Source: Bacteroidales bacterium
Lineage (GTDB): Bacteria > Bacteroidota > Bacteroidia > Bacteroidales > VadinHA17
Direction: 5' to 3'
DNA: 64,000 bases
Assembly: GCA_035390825.1 (NCBI GenBank)
Contig: DAOOUQ010000006.1
Coordinates: 24,207 to 88,206 of the forward strand
Part shown: positions 8,505 through 22,057 of the stretch, in pieces
Layout of the letters: every line of letters starts with the position of its first letter
How positions within the stretch are numbered: position 1 is the stretch's first letter
Translations under genes and position numbers: made by a program
Notes under the pieces: generated by a model
The model's database searches: none
What the model was told of the DNA's origin: nothing
Seen by the model: the letters and a program-made list of their open reading frames with translations, nothing else

Positions 8505-11500
8505 ATGAAAATTAAAGGATTATCAGTTACTTTATTACTTATAGTATCAGCATTGTCGCTTAAAGGACAGGTTAAGATTTCCGAACAGGAATGGGTATTG
8601 CCGACTTACAAGGTTGCTCCTCCTGATAAGAATCCTATGTTCTTTAACGGGGAATCGTATCAGGGAGCATCGAAATACATATATCCCTATGGGATGAATG
8701 ATGTAATCTCCGATCAGAAGGTCGATAAAGCCTGGAAGGCAGTTACAATGGAAAATGAATACATTAAGCTCTGTGTAACTCCGGAGATAGGGGGTAAGCT
8801 TTATTATGCCACCGACAAATCAAACGGCTATAACTTCATTTACAAAAACAATGTTGTAAAGCCTTCAAATATCGGCATGCTTGGCGCATGGGTATCAGGA
8901 GGTATTGAGTGGTGTGTCCTGCATCATCACAGGGCATCTACATTCCTTACGGTCGATTACACGACAACTGAAAACAGCGATGGCAGCAAGACTATCCGTA
9001 TCGGGGAGACAGAACCACGGCACAGGATGAGATGGACTATAGGCATCACAATGTTTCCCGACAGGTCTTATTTCGAAGCTGAGGTCAAAATCCTGAATCC
9101 CACCCCGTTTACTCATACTTTTCTCTACTGGGCAAACGCAGCTGCCCACACAAATGAAAACTATCAGGTCATATTTCCTCCGAGCGTCAACATTGCCACT
9201 TACCATGCCAAAAACAGTTTTACAAACTGGCCATTTTCGACAGAAGTATATAATGGACAAGATTTTACGAAAGGCGTTGATGTGAGCTGGTGGAAAAATT
9301 CCCCTAATTCAAATTCCTTCTTTGCGTGGGATCTGAAGGAAGATTTCATGGGGGGTTATGACCATGGAAGGGAGACAGGAACAGTGCATATCGGCGATCA
9401 TAATGTTGTCAAAGGTGCAAAGCTGTGGAAATGGGGCTCCGGGCCGGCCGGACAGGCGACTGAATCACGGCTGACCGAGACAGACGGCCCTTATGTAGAA
9501 ATCATGACAGGTGCGTTTTCCGACAACCAGCCCGACTACAGCTGGATAAGGCCATACGAGGTAAAGACTTTCAGACAATACTGGTATCCCGTAAAGGATA
9601 TCGGGGGTTTTAAAAATGCCAACCTCAACGGCGCAGTAAATCTTGAACAAAAGGAAAACAACCAGGTATTCCTCGGGTATTACTCCACAAAAAAAATAGA
9701 AAAGGCAGTTATACTGCTTAAAAACAAAGGGAAGGTGGTACTTAATGAAGAGGTGGAAATATCTCCATCAAAGACCTTTACCAGGACAATCAGGATCGGT
9801 TCACCCTTCGGACTCACTGATCTTTATACCGAAATGAAAGATAATGCCACGGGCGAGGTTTTGGTTTCATATACTCCGGTAAAAACAGAAAAAGCACCGG
9901 AACTGCCTCCTTCAGTCAGTCGTCCGAAAGACCCGAAGGATATACCTGCGGTGGAAGAGCTTTTTCTAACAGGAAGCAGGATTGAACAGTTTTACAATCC
10001 CACTCTTAATGCCATGGATTATTATCTGGAAGCTCTGAAACGCGATCCTGATGATATCCGCACCAATACTGCTGTGGGAAATCATTATTTAAAGAATGGC
10101 GATTATCTGAAGGCAAGGAGCTATTTTGCCAGGGCTGTTAAAAGATTAACAAAGGACTATACGAGGCCCTCAACATGTGAAGCACTTTATCTTCAGGGCA
10201 TTACACTGAAATCACTTGGCCTGTATGAAGAAGCAGAAGATACCCTTTACAGGGCAACATGGGATTATGCCTGGCATTCGGCTTCTTATCTCGAGCTTGC
10301 AAGAATATCCTGCCTGAAGGGTGATCTTCAGAAAGCCCTTGAACAGATTGATGAATCGCTTTCAACCAACTCCAGGAACAACAGCGCTGTCTGCATTAAA
10401 TCGTCAGTTTTGAGGCATCTTGGAAAAGCAAAGGAAGCGCTGGAACTCATCAAGGGATTTGCCGAAAAGGATCCGCTTGACTTCAGATCGGGAAATGAGT
10501 TTTACCTGAACCTGAAAGCATTTGGCGAGGAAAAGGCTGCTGAAACCGCACTTGAAGACCTGAACAGGGAAATGCGTGATTTTGACCAGAATTATCTGGA
10601 GCTTGGTATAACTTATCTGAACGACGGGTTCGTTGATGATGCTGCAGATGTTTTCAGCAGATTCACCGGGAAAAATCCCATTGTGAATTATTATCTGGGA
10701 TATATTTCTGATATAAAAGGAAATAAAGAAGAAGCTGCCAGATATTTCAAAAATGGTTCCGGACTACCAGTGGATTACGTGTTCCCTTTCCGGCTTGAAA
10801 CTGTTGATGTTCTGAAAAAGGTGGCAGATTATTTTCCCGATGATGCCCGGCCATGGTATTATCTCGGGAACCTGCTGTACGACAAGCAGCCCGGCAAAGC
10901 AATAGAGGCATGGGAAAAATGTGTTAGGCTTGATCCCTCTCTGGCAATTGCTCACAGGAACCTGGGGTGGGGATATTATCATTATACGGGCGACGGACTG
11001 AAGGCGATTCAGGAATATGAAAAAGCAATGGCCATTAAAAAAGATGATCCGCTGTACTTTGAAGAACTTGATGCCTTGTATGAAATGAGCAATGCTCCTG
11101 TCGAAAAGAGGCTTGCTCTTTTTGAAGGTCATAACGAAACCGTGTCTGCCAGGGACAATGCCTTTGCCCGCCAGATCACTGTTCTTACGCTTGCCGGAAA
11201 GCCTGAAAAAGCCGTTGAATACCTGAAAGGGCGAAAATTCAGTTACAGGGAAGGATCATCGAAGGTCAGGGACATCATCATTGATGCTCATCTCATGATG
11301 GGAAAGAAACTGATGACCGGGAAGAAATATGACATGGCTCTTGAAGAGTTCCTCCTTGCAAGAATACCTGAAGAGGAAGCGGCGGGAAGCAGAGCCGGGA
11401 ACAGGAATATACAGGTCGATTATTTTATTGCCAAAGCATATGATGCTCTCGGGAACAGGACAAAAGCAAGGGAAAGCTATGAACAGTCAGCTTCACGGGA

Positions 11501-11828
11501 GGCGGGAAGCACATCTTATGTAAAATATTATCAGGCAATGAGCCTCGTGAGACTTGGGAAAAAGAAGGAAGCAGAGGAAGCGCTTAAAGCCATTATCGAG
11601 GAAGCAGAAAAACAGATCGGCCGGACCGCTTCACATGATGTCGACTTCTTTGCAAAATTCGGCACAATGGAAGCCGAAAATGCCAGGCTCTCATCCGCGT
11701 ATCTGCTTAAGGGTTTGGGATTAAAAGGTTTGGGAGATACAATCGCTGCAAGAGAAAATCTTTCAAAAGCAGTCCAACTCTCAAACTCAAATCTTTGTGC
11801 CTTATCCGAATTACAGGATATGCGATAG
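8505..11828 (+). CDS. DUF5107 domain protein with C-terminal TPR repeats
   Basis: Signal peptide present. N-terminal motifs PEIGGKL, GGIEWCVLHHHRAS, FLYWANAA, DGPYVEIMTG and QPDYSWIRPYE match my recollection of DUF5107. The C-terminal region of about 600 aa is TPR-like. Confidence 0.75.
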   Translation: MKIKGLSVTLLLIVSALSLKGQVKISEQEWVLPTYKVAPPDKNPMFFNGESYQGASKYIYPYGMNDVISDQKVDKAWKAVTMENEYIKLCVTPEIGGKLYYATDKSNGYNFIYKNNVVKPSNIGMLGAWVSGGIEWCVLHHHRASTFLTVDYTTTENSDGSKTIRIGETEPRHRMRWTIGITMFPDRSYFEAEVKILNPTPFTHTFLYWANAAAHTNENYQVIFPPSVNIATYHAKNSFTNWPFSTEVYNGQDFTKGVDVSWWKNSPNSNSFFAWDLKEDFMGGYDHGRETGTVHIGDHNVVKGAKLWKWGSGPAGQATESRLTETDGPYVEIMTGAFSDNQPDYSWIRPYEVKTFRQYWYPVKDIGGFKNANLNGAVNLEQKENNQVFLGYYSTKKIEKAVILLKNKGKVVLNEEVEISPSKTFTRTIRIGSPFGLTDLYTEMKDNATGEVLVSYTPVKTEKAPELPPSVSRPKDPKDIPAVEELFLTGSRIEQFYNPTLNAMDYYLEALKRDPDDIRTNTAVGNHYLKNGDYLKARSYFARAVKRLTKDYTRPSTCEALYLQGITLKSLGLYEEAEDTLYRATWDYAWHSASYLELARISCLKGDLQKALEQIDESLSTNSRNNSAVCIKSSVLRHLGKAKEALELIKGFAEKDPLDFRSGNEFYLNLKAFGEEKAAETALEDLNREMRDFDQNYLELGITYLNDGFVDDAADVFSRFTGKNPIVNYYLGYISDIKGNKEEAARYFKNGSGLPVDYVFPFRLETVDVLKKVADYFPDDARPWYYLGNLLYDKQPGKAIEAWEKCVRLDPSLAIAHRNLGWGYYHYTGDGLKAIQEYEKAMAIKKDDPLYFEELDALYEMSNAPVEKRLALFEGHNETVSARDNAFARQITVLTLAGKPEKAVEYLKGRKFSYREGSSKVRDIIIDAHLMMGKKLMTGKKYDMALEEFLLARIPEEEAAGSRAGNRNIQVDYFIAKAYDALGNRTKARESYEQSASREAGSTSYVKYYQAMSLVRLGKKKEAEEALKAIIEEAEKQIGRTASHDVDFFAKFGTMEAENARLSSAYLLKGLGLKGLGDTIAARENLSKAVQLSNSNLCALSELQDMR

Positions 11829-11834
11829 AACAAT

Positions 11835-15638
<3,804 letters not shown>

Positions 15639-15779
15639 TCAGACCTCCAATAAATGATAAAGCTCCTGTCCTTTCACAATTTAAGTTAAACAAAAAGTTT
15701 TTCTAATTCAGTCGCCCTGCTTTCCGATAATTTCCTAAATTCGAAATCCGATTTACCGGAACATTAAATAAACACCCAT

Positions 15780-18599
15780 ATGAAAAGAATACAGTACTTC
15801 AAAATACTATTTGTATCGGCACTTGTATTATTTACACTGTCATCATGCAGCAAAAAGGAAACGACCGACAAGCTAACGATAAGTTTTGAAAAATACACAA
15901 TGCCTAATGGTCTTCAGGTGATACTGCATACCGATCATTCAGATCCAATGATATCATATACAATAATGTATCATACCGGATCGAGCAGAGAGCTGCCCGG
16001 GAAGACAGGTTTTGCGCATCTTTTTGAACATCTGCTTTTCGGCGGATCGGAAAATGTCCCTTCCGGAAAATTCGACAAGGTTATTGAAGGTGCCGGTGGA
16101 ACGAACAATGGTTTTACAAACCGCGATGTAACCACATATTATGAGGAGTTCCCAAGGAACGCGCTCGAAAAGGTCCTCTGGCTTGAATCGGACAGGATGG
16201 GATTTTTCATCAATTCAGTGACGCCGAGGCTTCTTGCGATACAACAGAATGTTGTCCAGAACGAAAAGAGGCAGGGTGAAGATAATTCCCCCTACGGGTT
16301 CACTGATTATGTCATTCTCAAGAATCTGTATCCGCAAGGTCATCCGTACAGCTGGGAAGTGATCGGAGAAATGGAGGATCTGAGAAATGCAACACTGGAT
16401 GATGTCAAAACATATTACGACAAATTCTACGGACCAAATAATGCCACTCTTGTTCTATCAGGTGATTTTGACCCCGATTCGGCAAAATTGCTCCTGAATA
16501 AATATTTCGGGGAGATAAAGCCTCATGGCGATGCCGGACCAAGAAACCCGATGACGGTATCAACTGCAGAGACGAAGAAATTATTTCATGAAGACAACTT
16601 TGCCAATGTACCAGAGCTTACAATGGTATGGCCGGTTCCCCAACAATACAGTAAGGACTCGTATGCCCTCGACTTTCTGGCCAGGATACTTGCCGACGGC
16701 AGGAAAGCTCCGTTTTACAAGGTTCTGGTAAAGGAAAAACAGCTCACCTCGGCTGTCAGTGCTTTTAACAATGCATCGGAGCTGGCCGGAGAATTTACAA
16801 TAAGCATAAGGGCCAATGACGGAAGGTCACTGAAGGAAATCGAGGAAGCCGTTTCGGAGACATTCGCCCGTTTCGAGAAAGATGGTTTTACACAGAATGA
16901 TGTCGAGAGAATCAAGGCTATGAGTGAAAAGAGTTTCTATGAAAACATAACCGGCATACTCGGAAAATCAATTCAACTTGCCTTCTATAACACATTACTC
17001 AAAGATCCCGGCTTCATTGAGAAGGATATCGAAAACATAAAAGCAGTTACTAAAGAAGATATTATAAGGGTATACGAGACCTATATTAAAGACAAGCCTC
17101 ACGTTGTCACAAGCTTTGTGCCCAAAGGGAAACCAGAACTTGCGGCCTCCAACTCGACAAGGGCAGAAATCAGGGAGGAAAACATAACTGAAGCCTCACA
17201 GGTCGAAATAGCTAAGGCAGCGGATGAACAGCCGGTAAAAAGTCCTTCAGCACTCGACCGCACTGTTGAACCTCCTGCCGGCCCCGAGCCCGAGGTGAAG
17301 GTCCCTCAGGTCTGGAAAGCAGAGCTGAAGAACGGAATACAGGTTTACGGTATTGAGAACAACGAATTGCCATTGGTAAGCATGAATATAGTTATCGACG
17401 GCGGAGCAGGCTGTGATGATATAAACAAACCCGGTGTGGCTTCACTTACGGCTGCTGTTCTTCCACTTGGCACAAAAAACAAGACTCCTGAACAACTCGA
17501 GGAAGAGACAGAATTGCTGGGCTCAGAGATCAATGTTTACTCCGGCAGGGAAGAAATAACAATGTCAGCAAGCATGCTTTCTAGAAACTTTGACAGGACA
17601 GCCATGCTTCTGAAGGAGATATTGCTTGAACCAAGATGGGATACAACCGAATTCCGTCTTGCCAGGATAAGGACAAAAAACAATCTCATCCAGTCGGAGG
17701 CAAGGCCAGCTTCTGTGGCCGCAAATGCATTTTACCGGCTTATCTACGGCGACAAGAGCATTTTCGGATATAACCCCGCAGGGAGCAGGGAGACTGTTGA
17801 AAATATTACCATAGATGATCTGAAATCCTATTATGAAAGTAACTTTTCTCCCCGGTCAGCAAAAATCCTTATCTCAGGCAAAGTATCAAAAGAACAGGCA
17901 CTGTCTGTACTGAATTCTCTTGCAGAAGAGTGGAAGGAGAAGGAGGTCAGGCAGATCAGCTGGCCGCAGCCTGTTGCACCGGAAAAACCGGTTATATACT
18001 TTATTGACATCCCCGGGTCGCGGCAATCAGTGGTATATGCCGGATATCCCTGCATTTCAAGAAGCAATCCCGACTTTGTAAAAATCGATTTCATCAATTA
18101 CAGGCTGGGAGGAGCTTTCACCAGCATTCTTAACCAGATCCTGCGTGAGGAAAAAGGCTATACTTACGGGGCATCGAGCTATCTTCCGGCAATGAGATCG
18201 ATAGCGCCTTTCACTGCATCAACAAGTGTAAGGTCAGATGCCACCTATGAAACTGTAAGGATTATCAGGGAAGAGCTGGAGAAATACGGAACCAGCCTGT
18301 CGGATGCTGATGTCTCGTTCATTAAGAACTGTATAATAAGGTCAAATGCTTTGCGTTTTGAAACCAATGATGCCCTTACAGGCATGCTCTCAACAATGGC
18401 AAAATACGGCTTCCCTGCCGATTATATCAAAAATGAAGAGAATATCATCAGAAATATGACACTTGACGAAAGCAGGGAGATTGCCGCGAAGTATATCAGA
18501 CCTGATAAAATGTATTATCTGGTTGTGGGGGATGCCGCCACACAACTCGGAAAACTCGAAAAGATAGGATTCGGGAAACCAGTTCTGATCAAAAGATAA
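15780..18599 (+). CDS. M16 family (pitrilysin/insulinase-like) zinc peptidase, two tandem M16 units
   Basis: Lipoprotein-type signal (TLSSC), HxxEH zinc motif HLFEHLLFGG, and a 939-aa length consistent with fused active and inactive halves. Confidence 0.85.
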   Translation: MKRIQYFKILFVSALVLFTLSSCSKKETTDKLTISFEKYTMPNGLQVILHTDHSDPMISYTIMYHTGSSRELPGKTGFAHLFEHLLFGGSENVPSGKFDKVIEGAGGTNNGFTNRDVTTYYEEFPRNALEKVLWLESDRMGFFINSVTPRLLAIQQNVVQNEKRQGEDNSPYGFTDYVILKNLYPQGHPYSWEVIGEMEDLRNATLDDVKTYYDKFYGPNNATLVLSGDFDPDSAKLLLNKYFGEIKPHGDAGPRNPMTVSTAETKKLFHEDNFANVPELTMVWPVPQQYSKDSYALDFLARILADGRKAPFYKVLVKEKQLTSAVSAFNNASELAGEFTISIRANDGRSLKEIEEAVSETFARFEKDGFTQNDVERIKAMSEKSFYENITGILGKSIQLAFYNTLLKDPGFIEKDIENIKAVTKEDIIRVYETYIKDKPHVVTSFVPKGKPELAASNSTRAEIREENITEASQVEIAKAADEQPVKSPSALDRTVEPPAGPEPEVKVPQVWKAELKNGIQVYGIENNELPLVSMNIVIDGGAGCDDINKPGVASLTAAVLPLGTKNKTPEQLEEETELLGSEINVYSGREEITMSASMLSRNFDRTAMLLKEILLEPRWDTTEFRLARIRTKNNLIQSEARPASVAANAFYRLIYGDKSIFGYNPAGSRETVENITIDDLKSYYESNFSPRSAKILISGKVSKEQALSVLNSLAEEWKEKEVRQISWPQPVAPEKPVIYFIDIPGSRQSVVYAGYPCISRSNPDFVKIDFINYRLGGAFTSILNQILREEKGYTYGASSYLPAMRSIAPFTASTSVRSDATYETVRIIREELEKYGTSLSDADVSFIKNCIIRSNALRFETNDALTGMLSTMAKYGFPADYIKNEENIIRNMTLDESREIAAKYIRPDKMYYLVVGDAATQLGKLEKIGFGKPVLIKR

Positions 18600-18677
18600 T
18601 TTCTTCGGGAATCTGAAAAATAACATAGGGGAAAGCCCCCGATTATTAATTGAGAGCCCTCGAAATGTCACTGCAGT

Positions 18678-20339
18678 TTAATCTGCAGTCATTTCAAGGG
18701 TTGCAACATAATAATTGATATCAGTTGTGACCGACGGATTCTCAACCCCGAGATCCATTGTTACAAACCTTGCCGACGGCTTTATATCCGTTTTTTGTCC
18801 GTTGACATAGATCCTGAGCGGCATATTGAATCCGGGGACACAGTTGGTCCATCTGAATGTCAGTTTGCTTCCTTTGACGTAATACTCAAAAACCGGTATC
18901 CGTGTATCCCTGATATACTGGTCAAAAACAGGTTTCAGGTCAAGACTGCTCTTTTCAGTCAGATAATCCTCTATTTGTGATCCTTTCACCACCTGATGAT
19001 AAAAATCCCTGTTGAGCCCTCTCAGTATTCCCCTCCATTTTTCATCGTCATCTATTATCTGCCTTATCATATGAAGCATGTTTCCTCCCTTGTAGTACAT
19101 ATCGCCTGATCCGCTGTAATTCACATCATACTTTCCTGCAACGGGCCTGTCATTCCTTATGTTGCGGCGGCTGCCAAGAACATATTGAGACCCCGCTTCC
19201 TTACCATAATAATACTCGACATACAGGTTTTCTGAATAATTGCCAAAACTCTCATGTATCCACATATCGGCTACATCCTCATCCGTGATGTTGTTGGCGA
19301 ACCATTCATGTGCCGACTCATGAATAATTATGAAATCAAATTTCTCACCCCATCCCGATCCGCTAAGATCCGTGCCCCGGTAGCCGTTGCTGTATCCGTT
19401 TCCATAGGTCACCGAACTCTGATGTTCCATGCCAAGATAGGGTGCCTCAACAAGCTTATAACCGTCTTCATAAAAAGGATAAGGACCGAACCAGTACTCA
19501 AATGCAGCCATCATCATGGAAACCTGCCTGAAGTGCTTTTTAGCCTTCTCAAGATTTTCCTTCAGTACGTAATAGTCACAGCTGAGCTTTCCTTTTTCAC
19601 CCTGATAAATCTCCGAAAAATGAGCATAGTCAGCAATATTTATGTTAACGCCGTAATTATTAATCGGATTGCCGACAAACCAGTTATATGTTGTAGTGTT
19701 GTTTTTATGCCTGACAGTGCTTCTAAGTTTTCCGTTTGACACATCCATAAGGTTCGATGGCACATTAACGCTGATAAGCATGCTGTCGGGCTCGTCATAC
19801 ATATGATCCTTACACGGCCACCACAGGCTTGCCCCGTCGCCCTGGCACGAAGAAGCAACAAATGGCAGGCCTTTGCTGTCTTTTTTCCAGGTTATTCCTC
19901 CTTCCCATGGAGGTCTCTCTGACACTCTGGGTTTGCCGCCATAGCTGATAACGACAGAATTTACCGTTCCGGGGATTTGCTCTTCCACAAGTTCTATCCA
20001 ATACACATTGCCTTCTCTTGTAAAAGGAAGTTGTCTTCCGTTTTGTTCGGCTGAGGTAATTTCGAGAGGTGGCTGCAGATCGATCTGCATAATATTGTTT
20101 TTACTCCTGACGCGGTATGTGACAGTATTGCGTCCGGATATTGTGCTGTCGGCTGGTTTTACGGCAATATCCAGGTGATAATATGTAAGATCCCACCAGG
20201 CTCTTTCAGGCGTAATTGACCCCCTCAGCGAATCCTGACGGGTAAATTTCCTCTCTTCCGGAGCAAGGTATTGTGCGCTGGCAGGTATCAGGCACCGGAA
20301 AACAGCAGCCAGTATAAAGGCAAAGCAGAATTTATGCAT
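18678..20339 (-). CDS. M1 family metallopeptidase (aminopeptidase N-like)
   Basis: Signal peptide present. GMEHQS motif and HESAHEWF followed 18 residues later by E (WIHESF) give the HExxH-x18-E signature. Confidence 0.85.
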   Translation of the reverse strand: MHKFCFAFILAAVFRCLIPASAQYLAPEERKFTRQDSLRGSITPERAWWDLTYYHLDIAVKPADSTISGRNTVTYRVRSKNNIMQIDLQPPLEITSAEQNGRQLPFTREGNVYWIELVEEQIPGTVNSVVISYGGKPRVSERPPWEGGITWKKDSKGLPFVASSCQGDGASLWWPCKDHMYDEPDSMLISVNVPSNLMDVSNGKLRSTVRHKNNTTTYNWFVGNPINNYGVNINIADYAHFSEIYQGEKGKLSCDYYVLKENLEKAKKHFRQVSMMMAAFEYWFGPYPFYEDGYKLVEAPYLGMEHQSSVTYGNGYSNGYRGTDLSGSGWGEKFDFIIIHESAHEWFANNITDEDVADMWIHESFGNYSENLYVEYYYGKEAGSQYVLGSRRNIRNDRPVAGKYDVNYSGSGDMYYKGGNMLHMIRQIIDDDEKWRGILRGLNRDFYHQVVKGSQIEDYLTEKSSLDLKPVFDQYIRDTRIPVFEYYVKGSKLTFRWTNCVPGFNMPLRIYVNGQKTDIKPSARFVTMDLGVENPSVTTDINYYVATLEMTAD

Positions 20340-20399
20340 AGCTCAGTTAAAATAATCGAAATGACAAAAGTAAAAAGATATAATTATTAATATTGCCTT

Positions 20400-22016
20400 A
20401 TGAGAAAAGAACTGATTTTACTACTGTGCTTAATTCTGCCGGAACTTGTTATGCCAAGCCTCTACGGTCAGCTTTCATCAAATCTTCCGATTGTTGTAAT
20501 TACCACTCCGGGAGGCGAAGAAATTCCTGATGAACCCAAGATAATCGCTGACATGAAGATTATCAGCAATGGCAACAGTATGAGGAACAACGTAGGAGAT
20601 CCCGGGAATGTGTATTCGGGAATCGTCGCGATAGAGACCAAAGGACAGTATTCCGGCATTCTTCCCCAGAAACCATTTCTTTTTGAGACACGCGATGCCA
20701 GCGGTAATAATCTTAATGTACCGATATTGGGGATGCCTGAAGAAAATGACTGGGTACTTACTGCCAACTATAATGATAAGTCTTTCCTGAGAAATTTCCT
20801 TTCTTTTGAGATTTTCAGAAAAATGGGGCATTATGCTCCGCGTACCGTTTATTGTGAGGTGGTTGTTAATGGTGAATATCTGGGCATCTACCTTATTGGA
20901 GAAAAAATAAAGCAGGACAGGAACCGGGTAAACATCTCGAAACTGAAGCCCGATGAGAACGTTGGAGATGTTCTTTCAGGGGGATATATTTTTGCAAATG
21001 ATTATTATGACAACACCAACAGCTGGCGAAGCAATTTTTCGCCTGTAAATAAGCCGGGGGGCGAGGTTTACTTTGTTTACATAGATCCCAAACCTGCCGA
21101 ACTGACTCAAATTCAAAAGACCTATCTTAAAGACTTTGTTGATTCGTTCGAACAGACTCTTTACAGCTCATCCTTTAAAGATCCTGTATCCGGTTACAGG
21201 GCATATCTTGATGTAAATTCCTTTGTAGATTATTTTATCCTGGAAGAATTATCAAGGAACGTAGACGGTTATAAGAAAAGCCGTTATTTTTACAAGGACA
21301 GGGACAGCAAGGGAGGAAAGATTAACTCAGGCCCGCCGTGGGATTTTGACTGGGCATACAAGGACGTTCTTGAAGGCTGCATTCACACCGACCCGACTGA
21401 CGGTTCAGGATGGGCGTACAGGATCAATGAATGTGATGTTTCGCCAGTCCCTCCTTCATGGGAGGTCAGGCTTCTTGAAGATGAAAATTTCGCTAACAGG
21501 ATCCACGACAGGTATTTTCAACTCAGGAAAACATATCTCAGTGAAACATACCTGCATCATGTAATCGATTCCGTTGCTTACCTGCTCGATGAAGCCCAGC
21601 AGAGGCATTATGAAAAATGGCCGATACTGGGCATCAATGTCGGAACTGAAGAATCCGGCGAGCAACCTCTGACATATGCAGGCGAAATTGAAAAGTTCAA
21701 GAACTGGATTCACAGAAGACTCACCTGGCTCGATGAGAATATGGTGGGCCGTGCCACGACTTCGGGAGGGGAAATAAAGCCCGTAACATTCAGGGTTTTC
21801 CCGAATCCGGCCTCTGAATCATTGTATGTTGAGTCAGAAGAAACCATATCGCGTGTCAGCATCTTCAGCCTCACAGGCAATCTGATATATTCAATTGCGG
21901 ATGCCGGCAATTACAGGGTCACCGTCGACGTTTCCGGCATGCCGCCCGGATTGTATATTATTTCAGCAACTTCCTCATCGGGCAACATTTTCAGCAGCAA
22001 ATTCCTGAAAAAATAG
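20400..22016 (+). CDS. CotH kinase family protein with a T9SS C-terminal sorting domain
   Basis: CotH-like core (NDKSFLRNFLSFEIFRKMGHYAPR, VVVNGEYLGIYLIGEKIK). The C-terminal ~75 aa (FRVFPNPASESLYVES...GLYIISATS) is typical of the T9SS type A sorting domain. Confidence 0.75.
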   Translation: MRKELILLLCLILPELVMPSLYGQLSSNLPIVVITTPGGEEIPDEPKIIADMKIISNGNSMRNNVGDPGNVYSGIVAIETKGQYSGILPQKPFLFETRDASGNNLNVPILGMPEENDWVLTANYNDKSFLRNFLSFEIFRKMGHYAPRTVYCEVVVNGEYLGIYLIGEKIKQDRNRVNISKLKPDENVGDVLSGGYIFANDYYDNTNSWRSNFSPVNKPGGEVYFVYIDPKPAELTQIQKTYLKDFVDSFEQTLYSSSFKDPVSGYRAYLDVNSFVDYFILEELSRNVDGYKKSRYFYKDRDSKGGKINSGPPWDFDWAYKDVLEGCIHTDPTDGSGWAYRINECDVSPVPPSWEVRLLEDENFANRIHDRYFQLRKTYLSETYLHHVIDSVAYLLDEAQQRHYEKWPILGINVGTEESGEQPLTYAGEIEKFKNWIHRRLTWLDENMVGRATTSGGEIKPVTFRVFPNPASESLYVESEETISRVSIFSLTGNLIYSIADAGNYRVTVDVSGMPPGLYIISATSSSGNIFSSKFLKK

Positions 22017-22057
22017 TTTTATATTTATATCTGATCTGTAACTAAAAACTGTTTGTC

